64,000 nt of DNA from a bacterium. Its GTDB lineage: Bacteria > UBA8248. Location: NCBI GenBank assembly GCA_965221165.1, contig CBDCRP010000002.1:640001-704000 (forward strand). Reading direction: 5' to 3'. Positions 30,650 through 41,657 of the stretch are shown piece after piece. Each line of letters begins with the position of its first letter. Position 1 is the first letter of the stretch. Below the pieces are notes generated by a model. It was not told the DNA's origin. It saw nothing but the letters and a program-made list of their open reading frames with translations, and searched no databases. The position numbers and the translations under genes were made by a program.

Positions 30650-31374
30650 TGAGCGACAATCTCCTCGACGTGCACGGCGTCACCAAGCGATTCGGCGGCT
30701 TCAGCGCGCTCACCAAAGTGGATTTGCACGTGAAGGAAAACGAGCGCTTCGGCCTCATCGGTCCCAACGGATCGGGCAAGACCACCCTGATCAACTGCAT
30801 CTCGGGCGCTCTCGCCAACGACGAGGGGGACATCGTCTTTTCCGGCCGGGACATCACCACCATGCCCGCCTACAAGCGAACCCGCATGGGCATCGCCCGC
30901 AGTTTCCAGATTCCCAAGCCGTTCGTCAGCATGACGGTGATCGAGAATCTCTGCATCCCGCTCGAATACGCCGCCCACCAGCACTCGCACGGGGTGGAGC
31001 TTCGCGGCGAGGCGATGGAGATACTCGAGATCATGAGCCTCGCGGACAAAGCCGAGGTGCGCACCGGGGGACTCACGCAGATCGAACTGCGCAAGCTCGA
31101 ACTCGCGCGCGCCATGGCGGCGAAGCCGAGGCTGCTCATATCGGACGAGGCCATGGCCGGCCTCTCCAACGCCGAGGTGGACGACATTCTCGAAATCCTC
31201 GTGCGCCTGAACGAGGAGGGCCTCACCATCATCATGATCGAGCACATCATGCGGGCGGTCATGAGCTTCTCGGAGCGCATCGTCGTCCTCGACGCGGGCG
31301 AGAAAATAGCCGAGGGCGCGCCCGATGAAATCGTCAACAACAAAGACGTGGAAAGGGCCTACCTTGGCGCATAG
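30646..31374 (+). CDS. livG: LivG-like ATPase
   Basis: GPNGSGKTT, ARSFQ, IEHIM, AYLG. Confidence 0.85.
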   Translation: MMSDNLLDVHGVTKRFGGFSALTKVDLHVKENERFGLIGPNGSGKTTLINCISGALANDEGDIVFSGRDITTMPAYKRTRMGIARSFQIPKPFVSMTVIENLCIPLEYAAHQHSHGVELRGEAMEILEIMSLADKAEVRTGGLTQIELRKLELARAMAAKPRLLISDEAMAGLSNAEVDDILEILVRLNEEGLTIIMIEHIMRAVMSFSERIVVLDAGEKIAEGAPDEIVNNKDVERAYLGA

Positions 31375-32095
31375 TATCGTCGTCGACAACGTCTCCGCAG
31401 GCTATGGGGCCGTGCGCGTGCTGCACGGGATCTCCATCGAGGTGAACGACGGGGAAACCGTCGTGCTCTTGGGCACCAACGGCAACGGCAAGAGCACCCT
31501 CATCAAGTGCATCATGGGCATGGTCCGGCCCGACGAGGGCGAGATATACCTGGAAGCCGACGGCGAGCGAATCAACCTGGCGGGCCGAAAACCCGAAGAG
31601 ATCGTGAACCTGGGCGTCACGCTCGTGCCCGAGGGCAGACGCCTCTTCCCGCGCCTGACGGTGGAAGAAAACCTCTTACTCGGCGCCTACCGCGAGGAGG
31701 CCCGCCGCGACATCGATCGCAACCTGGCCTTCTCCTTCGAGGCCTTCCCGGTTCTCGAGGAGCGCAAGAGCCAGCTCGCAGGCAGCATGAGCGGGGGCGA
31801 GCAGCAGATGCTGGCCGTGGCCCGCGCCTTGATGTCCGCTCCCCGTGTGCTTCTGGTGGATGAACCTTCCGTCGGCTTGGCGCCCATCCTCGTGAGCCGG
31901 GTGATCGCCAAAATCCGCGAACTCAAAGAGAAATACCAGCTCACCATCCTCATGGCCGAGCAGAACTTCAACCAGGCGGTCAAGATAGCCGACAGGGGCT
32001 ACATCATCGTCCACGGCGAAATCGCATTCGAGGGCGAGAACACCGAGGCCCTCGCGGGCCACGAACTCGTGAAGAAATACTACCTCGGGGTGTGA
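31364..32095 (+). CDS. livF: LivF-like ATPase
   Basis: GNGKST, VPEGRR, MSGGEQQM. Confidence 0.85.
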   Translation: MAHSIVVDNVSAGYGAVRVLHGISIEVNDGETVVLLGTNGNGKSTLIKCIMGMVRPDEGEIYLEADGERINLAGRKPEEIVNLGVTLVPEGRRLFPRLTVEENLLLGAYREEARRDIDRNLAFSFEAFPVLEERKSQLAGSMSGGEQQMLAVARALMSAPRVLLVDEPSVGLAPILVSRVIAKIRELKEKYQLTILMAEQNFNQAVKIADRGYIIVHGEIAFEGENTEALAGHELVKKYYLGV

Positions 32096-32214
32096 CCCGC
32101 TAAGCCGCAACCGCACGTCCACAAACGAAAGCGTAGACCCCTCCCCCAACAAAACGCTTCTTGCCCCTCAGATGCAGACGGCAAGTGAGAACGACGTTTC
32201 ATTCCCTCTCTTTT

Positions 32215-32655
32215 GGACTCAATACCCCAAATCCTTGGCGGGGGCGTCGGAGGCCACCTGTATCACGATGCCCTCGGTCTCATCGGGGTGCAAGAAGAGG
32301 ATTTCATATCCCCGGGGCGTCTAGGCGCCCGAGCCGAAGCCATCGAGCAACCTCACGCCGCCCGCGACGAAGTGTTTGCCGGCCGCGCCCGTGTCGGGCG
32401 TCGAGAGCGCGATGTGCGAGAGGCACGGGCCGCCGTTTCGCTCGAGCATCTTCGTATAGAGGTTCTCCGGATCGTAGGGCCGCATGATCTCGATTTCCAC
32501 GTCGCCCATGCGCAGAAACGTGGCGTGCGCCCAGCCGGTGTCGCCACCTGCACCCGGTTCGGCTCACACCCGAGCTTTTCCTGAAACATTCTGGTGGTGC
32601 GCTCCATGTCGTCCGTGATGAGGCCCACGTGATGAATCTTCTTGAACATGTTCAT
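32215..32655 (-). pseudogene. VOC/methylmalonyl-CoA epimerase-like gene split by frameshifts
   Basis: IHHVG, EIEIM and LSHIA blocks lie in different frames. Confidence 0.7.
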
Positions 32656-32784
32656 ACTCCTCGAATGATGACTGCTCGATGAAAGGTGTGTTGAGAAAAA
32701 CTTATTTCCTACATGATTCCGGCATCAGAGACACGCGCGCCGCCGAATGTCAAAACTCCGCGACCTTGACCACATCGACTTTCC

Positions 32785-33033
32785 GGCCTCCTGGGGCCTG
32801 CGGTCGGTTCGTTCATCTACTGGTACCTGAGGCAGTTGATGAGCGTGGAATTCGTAAAGTACCTGGCCATCTTCCAGTATTGGGAAGCGTGGGTGGGCGG
32901 CATCTTCGTACTGATCGTGCTCTTCGTGCCCTCGGGCATTCTGGGCACCATCCGCAACATGACGCTCGAATACCGCGAGAAGAAATATCTGGCGAAAAGA
33001 GAGGCGGCCGAGGCGGCCGCCGACCCGGAATAG
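32785..33033 (+). pseudogene. 3' remnant of a LivM-like permease
   Basis: IVLFVPSGILG C-terminus directly upstream of LivG/LivF-like genes. Confidence 0.65.
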
Positions 33034-33045
33034 CGGAAAGACAAA

Positions 33046-33780
33046 ATGCCTATCCTGGAAACCAAAAGCCTGAGCAAGCATTTCGACGCCCTCGTCGCCG
33101 TGGACGCCGTGGATTATTCGGTCGAGGCCGGCGAGTTGCGCTCCATCATCGGCCCCAACGGCGCGGGCAAAACGACTTTCTTCAACATGATCGCGGGCGA
33201 GCTGATGCCTACGTCGGGACAGGTGCTCTTCGATGGAGTAGACGTATCGGAAGCCCCCGCCCATGAGCGCTCCCACTTAGGCATCGGCCGCACCTACCAG
33301 ATCACCAACATCTTCCCCAAGCTGAGCGTGCTGGAGAACATCCGCATCGCCGTGCAATCGCGCAAGATGACGTTCAACCTTTGGTCGACGATTGGAAGCC
33401 ACAAGGAGTTGATCGAAAGGGCGGACGAGATACTCGAACGCATCAACATGACGGAAAAACGCGGCGACCTCGCAGGCACGCTCGCGCACGGCGAGCAGCG
33501 CTACCTGGAAATCGGAATCGCACTCGCCACCGACCCCAAGCTGCTCCTGCTCGATGAGCCGACGGCGGGCATGAGCCCCGAGGAAACAATCCAGACGGGC
33601 GAGTTCATCAAGAGCTTGGCCGATCCGCTCACCATCGTGCTCGTGGAGCACGACATGGAGGTGGTGCTGGGCATTTCGGACAAAATCACCGTGCTCCACA
33701 ACGGCGCCTTTCTCGCCGAGGGCACGGTGGAGGAAGTTCGCGCGAACGCAGAAGTGCAGCGCGTATACCTGAGGGAATAA
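33046..33780 (+). CDS. LivG-like ABC ATPase
   Basis: GPNGAGKTT, LDEPTAGM, VEHDM. Confidence 0.9.
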   Translation: MPILETKSLSKHFDALVAVDAVDYSVEAGELRSIIGPNGAGKTTFFNMIAGELMPTSGQVLFDGVDVSEAPAHERSHLGIGRTYQITNIFPKLSVLENIRIAVQSRKMTFNLWSTIGSHKELIERADEILERINMTEKRGDLAGTLAHGEQRYLEIGIALATDPKLLLLDEPTAGMSPEETIQTGEFIKSLADPLTIVLVEHDMEVVLGISDKITVLHNGAFLAEGTVEEVRANAEVQRVYLRE

Positions 33781-34484
33781 TGCTCGAAGTAGATTCCATC
33801 AACACGTTTTACGGATTAAGCCACGTGCTTCACGACTTGAGCCTCAAGGTGGGCGAAGGCGAGGCGGTGGCCTTCCTCGGCAGGAACGGGGCGGGCAAAT
33901 CCACCACCATGAAGACGGTCATGGGCCTTTTGACGCCCCAGAGCGGTAAAATCTCCATGGAGGGCCAGGACATCACCGAGGCCGAGGCGCATACCGTCTC
34001 GCTCGCGGGGATTTCATGGATTCCCGAGGATCGCCAGGTGTTCACCAACCTCACCGTTTATGAGAACCTCAAGATCAGCCGCATCCCCATCGACGGCGCC
34101 AAGAACCTCGACACGCATCTCGACTGGATTTTCTCCCTCTTCCCGCGTCTCAAGGAGCGCATCAACAACAAGGGGAACCAGTTGAGCGGCGGCGAGCAGC
34201 AGATGCTCACCATGGCGCGGGGACTCGGCACGGAGCCCAAGCTCATCATGGTGGACGAACCCACCGAGGGCCTGATGCCCGCCTACGTCGAAACCATCGA
34301 AAACGTGCTGATGGAAATTCAGAAAAAAGGCATCGCCATCCTGCTCGTGGAGCAGAACTTCCGCATGGCGCTCAACATCACCAGGCGCGCCTACCTGATA
34401 GAAAAAGGCATCATCCAGTGGGAAGGCGCTTCCGCCGACCTCCTCGAAGACCAGGAAACCCGCATGAGGTATCTGGGCGTCTAG
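33780..34484 (+). CDS. LivF-like ABC ATPase
   Basis: GRNGAGKST, LSGGEQQM, DEPTEG. Confidence 0.9.
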   Translation: MLEVDSINTFYGLSHVLHDLSLKVGEGEAVAFLGRNGAGKSTTMKTVMGLLTPQSGKISMEGQDITEAEAHTVSLAGISWIPEDRQVFTNLTVYENLKISRIPIDGAKNLDTHLDWIFSLFPRLKERINNKGNQLSGGEQQMLTMARGLGTEPKLIMVDEPTEGLMPAYVETIENVLMEIQKKGIAILLVEQNFRMALNITRRAYLIEKGIIQWEGASADLLEDQETRMRYLGV

Positions 34485-34545
34485 CTTACACGCAGGAACA
34501 CCCCGCCGAATCTTCCGGTCTCGCGCTGACCAGAGAGGAGACGAT

Positions 34546-34971
34546 ATGGACCAGCGTCTCAGCATCGTCACCCTGAGCGTAGACGACCTTCCGCGTGCGC
34601 GCGCGTTCTACGAGGCGCTCGGCCGGCGTGTGGCGAGCGAGGAGCACGCCGATTCCATCGTCCGCTTCACGCTCAACGGAATCGGTTTCGCCCTCTATCC
34701 CCGCGCCAAACTCATCGAGGATATCGGGCCACAGGCCGGCAGCGGAGCAGCGAGCGGCGCGGTTACCCTGGCCTACAACGTTCGCGCGCGCGAGGACGTC
34801 GCCAAGGTGCTCGATGAAGCCGAACGCGCCGGCGGCGTCATCGTCAAACCTGCGCAGGATGTCTTCTGGGGCGGGCATTCGGGATACTTCCAGGATCCCG
34901 ACGGACACTTTTGGGAAGTCGCCTGGAACCCCTTCTCGCCGCTCGATGACGAGGGAAACTTCGCCTGGTAG
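34546..34971 (+). CDS. VOC/glyoxalase-family protein
   Basis: FWGGHSGYFQDPDGHFWEVAWNP. Confidence 0.92.
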   Translation: MDQRLSIVTLSVDDLPRARAFYEALGRRVASEEHADSIVRFTLNGIGFALYPRAKLIEDIGPQAGSGAASGAVTLAYNVRAREDVAKVLDEAERAGGVIVKPAQDVFWGGHSGYFQDPDGHFWEVAWNPFSPLDDEGNFAW

Positions 34972-35021
34972 CGGGTGGGGTCTAGCACGCTGGGAACCGC
35001 ATCCCGGCGAAGTCCCTACCC

Positions 35022-35472
35022 GTAGGGGGTCGCATATATGCGACCCCCCTTTTGTATGTTCACCCCTACGTCTTCATTTCAATTCACAGTGGCTTTTTGT
35101 AGGGGAGAACCTGTGTGTTCTCCCGTCTGCGTGGGCCGCAATGTATGCGGCCCCTACAAGCCCCGTCTCGTGAAGACTCGACCCGTAGGGACAGGACGCG
35201 ACCTGTGGGGCAGTCTCGAGATTTTCGGGCGGTCGCTGTTTTGCCGTAGGTGGCGACCCCTCCTCGGGGTCGCCGCACACATATATGCGCCCCTGCCTTT
35301 TGTCCGGGCAAGGCGCGGGCAGCATGTATGCTGCCCCTACGGTCGGTTGTGAACACGACTTTGCACGGGACGCACCCCTTCTCGGGGTCGTCCCACACAT
35401 GTATGCGGCCCCTACGGGGGGCGGATTCCCCCCTCCCCGCGACAATCGCTCCTTCCTCAGTCGCGATTGACC
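35022..35472. repeat. REP cluster (several GTAG-REPs plus one GA-hairpin at 35443-35472)
   Basis: Multiple GTAGGG.../...CCCCTAC palindromes between convergent genes. Confidence 0.8.
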
Positions 35473-35473
35473 C

Positions 35474-36814
35474 TCACCGTTCATCGACGAGGCGTCGCGC
35501 CTTCACGTCGCGCATCGGGTCGTGAATCACGCCCGGGGCCACGAATTCGAGAACCGGTCTTATCATCACCGCTCCCCGCACCCGCTCCGGCAAGGACGCG
35601 CCGAGCCTCTCGCGCTCTGAATCCTCGGCTTCCAAACGGATGATCATCTCGTCCATCGAATCCGCGTCATCAGGCGCAGATTTGCGAATCCGGATCTGAA
35701 ACTCGCGAATCGCCCGCTCTTTCGCCAGGAGGTCGAAAACGATCTCGGGGTTCATCAGCATCCCGCGCACCTTGAGGAGATCGCCCGTCCTCCTCGGCAG
35801 GCGCACGATGCGCTCGCCCAGCCGCCCGCAATGCGGGCACGGCTCCCACCTGAGCGAAATGAGGTCTCCTATGAGATAGCGTAGAAACACCGTGCCCCTG
35901 CGGTGCAGGTGCGTGAGCGCTATCGCCCCCTCCTCGCCCTCGGTGACGCGCGCGCCCGTCTCGGGGTTCACCACTTCGAGCAGGTAGAGCTCGGGCACGA
36001 CGTTGTGCGGCATCGCATCGTTCGCGCACTGCACGAGGCCGCCCTGCATCTCCGTCGCCGCGTAGCGCACCCGCACCTGCGGGTCGCGCGCCCCGAAATA
36101 CCGCAAGTGATCCATATACTCCTCGCGCAGGGCGTCGCTCACCGCCTCGCCCGTGGTGAGCACCATGCGCGCGCGGGAGAGTTTGACGCCGCGCTCCCGC
36201 GCCCTCCTCAGAAACCGGCGGACGAAACTCGGCACCCCCCAGATGATGGTGGCCCCGGAATCGGCCACCACATCGAGGGCCTCATCGAGCGACCTTCGCA
36301 CGGGATACTCGGGATGCGAGCTGCCCGTCAGCGCGCTCACCACGGGAAGCCCCATGATTTCCGCCGAGCGCACGCAGCACAAAAACCCGCCCAAAGGCAT
36401 CGGCGAGAGCGGGTAGAGATTTGCGACGACGTCTCCGGCCCGCAGGCCTTCCGCCTCGTTGCAGACCCTCGCCTGGAGCATGATGTGGTACTGATCGTGC
36501 GTGGTGTTGAAAAAAGGCGAGGGCCGCCCACTCGTGGTGCCCGTGGTGTAGGCCACGTTCCACATCGTGCGCTCCTCGAAGGGAAGCTCGGGCAGCCAGG
36601 CGGGATCGAGGCTGAAATCCTCGGGCGCGGCCATGAAATCCTCTTTCCTCGTCAAGGGGATTTTCTGGAGATCGTCGAGTTCCTGTACCACATCGGGTAT
36701 CAGGTTCGCCTCCGCGAAGCGGCGCTTGTAGAACGGATGCGCGCGCCCGCACAGGGCGAGCATTCTTCGCAAGCGTTTTCTCCTCAGCTCGTGCAGCGCA
36801 TCTTGCTCGTTCAT
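35474..36814 (-). CDS. Phenylacetate-CoA ligase (PaaK)-family adenylating enzyme
   Basis: YTTGTTSGRP, TGE, YAATE, RY..GD, KVRG. Confidence 0.85.
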   Translation of the reverse strand: MNEQDALHELRRKRLRRMLALCGRAHPFYKRRFAEANLIPDVVQELDDLQKIPLTRKEDFMAAPEDFSLDPAWLPELPFEERTMWNVAYTTGTTSGRPSPFFNTTHDQYHIMLQARVCNEAEGLRAGDVVANLYPLSPMPLGGFLCCVRSAEIMGLPVVSALTGSSHPEYPVRRSLDEALDVVADSGATIIWGVPSFVRRFLRRARERGVKLSRARMVLTTGEAVSDALREEYMDHLRYFGARDPQVRVRYAATEMQGGLVQCANDAMPHNVVPELYLLEVVNPETGARVTEGEEGAIALTHLHRRGTVFLRYLIGDLISLRWEPCPHCGRLGERIVRLPRRTGDLLKVRGMLMNPEIVFDLLAKERAIREFQIRIRKSAPDDADSMDEMIIRLEAEDSERERLGASLPERVRGAVMIRPVLEFVAPGVIHDPMRDVKARRLVDER

Positions 36815-36835
36815 CGGGTATCCTCTCCTGCCCCT

Positions 36836-37237
36836 CTAAAAAATTCCGGCTTTCCTTTGCAGCGAACGCACGTATTTCACGATCAGGGCCACCTCCTCGG
36901 GCGCAACACCCGGCACGGGCGCCATGTCGCCGAACTTCCAGTGGTGGCTCTTCACCCCGCGCGTGACCGCCATGAAGAAAGCCGCGTCCCCGTGATGGGA
37001 GGGCTCATAAATCTTGTGCACCAGCGGCGGGCCGATTCGCGAACCCCCGGCCTCCGGCCCGTGGCAGCGCATGCAATTGCGCGCGAACAGCGATTTTCCC
37101 CGGTTGATTTGCGCCATGTTTTCAGATGCAGGCGGCGTCGCCGCTTCTCTTTTCGGCGGTTCGGGCCTTTTCGTCAACATCACGAGAACGGAAAATCCGA
37201 TTACGAGGAAAAGCCCCGCCGCCAACGCCCTGTTCAT
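36836..37237 (-). CDS. Monoheme cytochrome c
   Basis: N-terminal anchor, CMRCH, HHWKFGDM. Confidence 0.9.
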   Translation of the reverse strand: MNRALAAGLFLVIGFSVLVMLTKRPEPPKREAATPPASENMAQINRGKSLFARNCMRCHGPEAGGSRIGPPLVHKIYEPSHHGDAAFFMAVTRGVKSHHWKFGDMAPVPGVAPEEVALIVKYVRSLQRKAGIF

Positions 37238-37348
37238 AACCCGCAAACTCCTCCTGCGGAGCGTTTTCGCGTCTCGAATCACGCGCCCCGCCGCAACCAC
37301 CATCTCTCATGAAAGACGCAAAATACCCTCGAAAGCGGCTAAAACAGC

Positions 37349-38800
37349 TTAAGTGGATTCACGCGCCGATTTCAAATCCCGACCACCCATCAAACCGCGA
37401 ACATCCCCGCTCCGCGCCCACAGGAAAAACCAGCCGAGCAGGAGCGCGCCGCTCAGAATCTGCCCCCCGCTCACCGCCCACCAGACGCCGCCTGCGCCCA
37501 CGGCGAAGCCGAAGGAAAGGAGGTAGGCGGCGGGAAGCTGAATCCCCCAGCGGACGACGCCCTCCACCATCATGGGCGGTTTCGAGCGCGAAGCGCCCTG
37601 GAACGCGCCCGCCATCACCCGGCGGATAGACTCCATGAGCAGACCGGCGCACAGAATCCTGAGCGCCATGACGCCCGTGGCGTCGTCCTTCATGCCGAAG
37701 AACGAGACGACCTCCTGCGCCCAGGCGAACAAAATGAGGCTCACCGCCATCATCAAAATGGTGAGAGCGGCGACGGAGAGCCACACCGTGCGCGCCACGC
37801 GCTCGGGCTTCTCGGCCCCCAGATTCTGGCCCACCAGCGTGCGCACGGAGCTTTGAAGCCCGAAACTGGGCATCCGGGCGATCATCGTCACGCGGTTGCC
37901 GATGCTCCACGCCGCCAGGGCGCTCGGTCCGAACGGCGAGAGCATCCGCACCATGAGCACGAGGGCGCTGCGCTCGAGCAGGTTCTGCGCCATGGCGGGC
38001 CACGCGAGACGCACGACGCGGGATATCTCGGAAGCGCGCGGGCGCAAATCCGCCCACCCCAGGCTGAGCCTCGATTTGCCCTTCACGATGAAGGCCAGCA
38101 TCGTCGCGAAACCACCCAGCCTCCCCACGCCTATCCCTAAGAAGCTGCCCGCTATCCCCAGGGCGGGAATCGGACCCCAGCCGAACATGAAGAGGGGAAT
38201 GAAAATCAGCGTCAAGACGGTGGAGGCGACGACGCCCGCGATGGTGATGCCCGGTTCGCCCGTTCCCCTCAGAATCTGGCCGATGACGAACATCCCCTCC
38301 GCGGCGAGCAGCACGGCGAAGCCCGCCCGGATGTAGACGACGCCCAGGGCGGCCAGTTTCGGGTCGCGCGTCATGAGATCCATCATGAACGGGGCGAGTA
38401 AAATCCCCAGAAACGTGGCGATGAGGGAGAATACGCCGACCAGGAAGATGGTCTGCCCGGCCATGATCGAAGCGCCGCCTAAGTCGCCCGCGCCCACGCG
38501 CTGGGCCACGAGCGCCTGGCCTGCGATTCTCAAGCCGAAAGGCGCCGATCGGATGAACAACAAGGTGATGAATCCCAAAGACGCCGCCGCCAGAAAGTCG
38601 GGCCCCATCTGGCCGAGCCAGTAAATCTCAAAGATGCCGTCGAGATTGCGCAGGATGCGCTCGCCGCAAATGGGAACGGACAGACGCGTAATCGCCCAGC
38701 CGACCGAGCCCCGGGTGTAATCATATCCGCGCGTACTCTTGGAGTGACTCAGAAGGCGCACCTCGATGACAGTGGAGATACCGGGAAGCGACGCTTCCAT
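37349..38800 (-). CDS. MATE-family efflux transporter (start uncertain)
   Basis: VAQRVGA, LGIAG, VGQNLGA; multiple TM helices. Confidence 0.85.
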   Translation of the reverse strand: MEASLPGISTVIEVRLLSHSKSTRGYDYTRGSVGWAITRLSVPICGERILRNLDGIFEIYWLGQMGPDFLAAASLGFITLLFIRSAPFGLRIAGQALVAQRVGAGDLGGASIMAGQTIFLVGVFSLIATFLGILLAPFMMDLMTRDPKLAALGVVYIRAGFAVLLAAEGMFVIGQILRGTGEPGITIAGVVASTVLTLIFIPLFMFGWGPIPALGIAGSFLGIGVGRLGGFATMLAFIVKGKSRLSLGWADLRPRASEISRVVRLAWPAMAQNLLERSALVLMVRMLSPFGPSALAAWSIGNRVTMIARMPSFGLQSSVRTLVGQNLGAEKPERVARTVWLSVAALTILMMAVSLILFAWAQEVVSFFGMKDDATGVMALRILCAGLLMESIRRVMAGAFQGASRSKPPMMVEGVVRWGIQLPAAYLLSFGFAVGAGGVWWAVSGGQILSGALLLGWFFLWARSGDVRGLMGGRDLKSAREST

Positions 38801-38845
38801 GATACGCTAGAAGCCCCTGATACGTTAAGCGAAAGAGAGGATTCG

Positions 38846-40114
38846 ATGCCGCACCCCGACTTCGCGCGCTGCGCGCGCCACGTCATCGCCGACGCCGTGC
38901 GCGAACTCTTATGCGAAATGGTGGACATCCCGAGTCCCACGGGCGGGGAGGCGGAGATGGCGCGCTATCTGGCCGACCACATGGGGCGCGCAGGTCTCGA
39001 CACCCGCCTGCAGGAGGTCGACCCCGGGAGGCCGAACGCCATAGGCGTGAAAGAGGGAGCGGGCGACGGCGTGAACCTCCTGTTCACCGGCCACATGGAC
39101 ACCTCTTATGACGGGGATGAGGATTACCTGACCGGCGAGGGTTTCAAGCCGAAGGCGGTACACCGCGACGGCTGGGTATGGGGTCTCGGCGCCAACAACA
39201 TGAAGAGCGGGCTTGCGGGCGCGCTGGCGGCGATCGAGGCCATCTGCCGCGAAGAGGTCGCCCTGCGCGGAGACCTCTCGCTGGCGGGGGTGGTGGGCGA
39301 GATAGAAAAAGCGCCGGTTGATGAATTCTCAGGCGCGTCCTTTTCCGGCTACGGGACGGGCACGCGCCACCTCATCTTACACGGCGCGACGGCGGATTGC
39401 GCGGTTCTGGCCGAGCCGACGGGGCTTAAGGTTTCGAATGCGAACATGGGCGTCGTGTGGGCGAAGATCACGGCCACGGGCACGATAAGCCACAGCGTGT
39501 TCTCGAACCGCCCGGGGGTCGTGAACGCCGTGCGCGCGGTCCACAGGATTCAAACCGCCGTCGAACGCTGGATACCCGATTACGAAGCGAGGCACTCCTG
39601 CATGGGCGAGCACCCCAACGTGACGATAGCCGCCGTCCGGGGCGGCCGGCCCTGGCGGCTCTCCAGAAACCCCGCCGAGGCGAGCCTGTATCTGGACATC
39701 CGCACCGTGCCGGGGCAAAACACCGAGGACATCAAGCGCGAACTGCGCGGCGTGCTCGATGAGGCGGCGGACGATGGCCCTCGGGCCGCGCTTGCGTTTT
39801 ACGTGAACGACCCGCCCACACTGCTCGATGAGGACGCCCCTCTCGTACAAGCGGCGCTTGCGGCGCACGAGGAAGTTACGGGAGAGGCTTCTGCGCCCAT
39901 CATCAGGAGGCCTGCGGCCGATTCCACGCACTTCAACCACTACGGCATCCCGTGCGTCTGCTATGGACCCGGCGGACGGATGCACCCCGAAGCCGAGAAG
40001 AAGGGGCTGATGCACGCCGTGGGCGAGCACGTGCTCGTCGAGGACGTGGTGGCCGCGGCCAGGGTCTACCTCGCCGCCGCGCTCACGATTTGCGGCGAGA
40101 AAGCTACTTCATAA
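38846..40114 (+). CDS. M20 ArgE/DapE-family amidohydrolase
   Basis: GHMDT, GLGANNMKSG, AEPT. Confidence 0.88.
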   Translation: MPHPDFARCARHVIADAVRELLCEMVDIPSPTGGEAEMARYLADHMGRAGLDTRLQEVDPGRPNAIGVKEGAGDGVNLLFTGHMDTSYDGDEDYLTGEGFKPKAVHRDGWVWGLGANNMKSGLAGALAAIEAICREEVALRGDLSLAGVVGEIEKAPVDEFSGASFSGYGTGTRHLILHGATADCAVLAEPTGLKVSNANMGVVWAKITATGTISHSVFSNRPGVVNAVRAVHRIQTAVERWIPDYEARHSCMGEHPNVTIAAVRGGRPWRLSRNPAEASLYLDIRTVPGQNTEDIKRELRGVLDEAADDGPRAALAFYVNDPPTLLDEDAPLVQAALAAHEEVTGEASAPIIRRPAADSTHFNHYGIPCVCYGPGGRMHPEAEKKGLMHAVGEHVLVEDVVAAARVYLAAALTICGEKATS

Positions 40115-40206
40115 AGCTCTGTAAAGTGAGGCATTACAAGAATACGAGAGAGAGGCAGCTCCCACCATATGGCGCGCCGGACGAATAAACAGATAAGGAA
40201 ATTTAT

Positions 40207-41382
40207 ATGGATTTCGAACTGAGTGAAGAACAAAAGAGCCTGCAGCTTCTCGCGCGGAAATTCGCGCAGGAGGAGATGCTGCCCGTCGTGGCGGAACTGG
40301 AAAAGAGACCCGACGGGGAGGACAAGTTCGCCTACGATCTGGTGAAGCGCGGCGCCGCGCTCGGTTTTCACTCCCTGGGCGTACCGAAGGCCCACGGCGG
40401 CGACGGGGCCGGCGTGCTCACCCAGTGCGTGGTGGTGGAGGAACTTTCCGTCGGCTCTCCCGCCGTCTCCAAGGTGTTCAGCCACAACTGGAAGGCGATA
40501 GCAGGCCTCATCGCCGTGGCGAGCGAAGAGCAACTCGCGCGGGTGATTCCCGATTATCTCGAAGACCCGCTCTATTGCATCGGCATCGCCGTCACGGAAC
40601 CCAACGCGGGCAGCGACAACGCGCTCCCCTTCGATGCCGACCCCGCCGCAGGTCCCGCCCTGAGCGCGGTGCGCGACGGAGATTCCTACGTCCTAAACGG
40701 GATGAAGCAGTTCATCGCCATGGGCGCGCAGGCGAAATACGTGACCGCCTTCGCCCGAACCGACAAGAGCGTCCCCTGGACGAAGGGCACGACGGGGTTC
40801 ATGCTCTTCCCGCCGCACGAGGGCTTCGAGGTCGGCAGACTGCACGAGAAGGTGGGGTTGAGGTGTTATCCCCAGCACGATCTCATCTTCCGGGACGTTC
40901 GGGTGCCGCTGGAAAACCGCCTGGGCGAGGAGGACAAATTTCAGGAAGGCAGAAAGAGCGTCGTCAACGTCGGCACCCTGGAGGCGACGTCCACGGCTTT
41001 GGGGATCGCCCAGCGGGCGTATGATCTGGCGGTGGGCTACGCGCGCGAGCGCGTGCAGGGCGGAAAACCCATTATCGAGCACGACCTCATCGGTTCGCTC
41101 CTGCTCGATATGTACACCCGCCTCGAAGCGGCGAGGACGCTGCTCTGGCGCGCCGCCTGGGGCATCGACCAGGGACTGAATGATCAGAAACTCGCGCGGG
41201 CGACGAAGGTGCTCACCGTCGAGACGCTGAATTACATGACCATGCGGACCGTGGAGATTTGGGGGGGCATGGGCGTGATGAAGGACGCGCCGGTCGAGAA
41301 AGCGCACCGCGACGCGATTCAGCTATTCCACATGGGCAACACGAACCAGGTGAACGTCTTAAAAGCCCTGCCCCACCTGTGA
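40207..41382 (+). CDS. Acyl-CoA dehydrogenase-family flavoprotein
   Basis: TEPNAGSD, LNG.KQFI, ERVQGGKP, WGGMG. Confidence 0.9.
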   Translation: MDFELSEEQKSLQLLARKFAQEEMLPVVAELEKRPDGEDKFAYDLVKRGAALGFHSLGVPKAHGGDGAGVLTQCVVVEELSVGSPAVSKVFSHNWKAIAGLIAVASEEQLARVIPDYLEDPLYCIGIAVTEPNAGSDNALPFDADPAAGPALSAVRDGDSYVLNGMKQFIAMGAQAKYVTAFARTDKSVPWTKGTTGFMLFPPHEGFEVGRLHEKVGLRCYPQHDLIFRDVRVPLENRLGEEDKFQEGRKSVVNVGTLEATSTALGIAQRAYDLAVGYARERVQGGKPIIEHDLIGSLLLDMYTRLEAARTLLWRAAWGIDQGLNDQKLARATKVLTVETLNYMTMRTVEIWGGMGVMKDAPVEKAHRDAIQLFHMGNTNQVNVLKALPHL

Positions 41383-41445
41383 GGAGGTGAAGAATCCCTC
41401 TGCGCGCCCTTGTCTTTCGCGTGGTTTTTGATGATCCTAACCAAT

Positions 41446-41630
41446 GTAGGGGACGAACCCCTCCTCGGGGTCGCCCCACACATACATGCGTCCCATGCCA
41501 TAAACGCCAAAGAGGCGCTCGACCATGAGGGCTGCCGAGGGAACCGGCCCGCATGAAGAAGCGCTCCCTTGATGAGAACTTCACGGGGAGTCGGCCCGTA
41601 TGAAAAGGGACGCATATATGCGTCCCCTAC
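41446..41630. repeat. Inverted GTAG-REP pair
   Basis: GTAGGGGACG... and GGGACGCATATATGCGTCCCCTAC. Confidence 0.75.
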
Positions 41631-41657
41631 AGGTAAACCCAGATGGGATGAAGGAGT

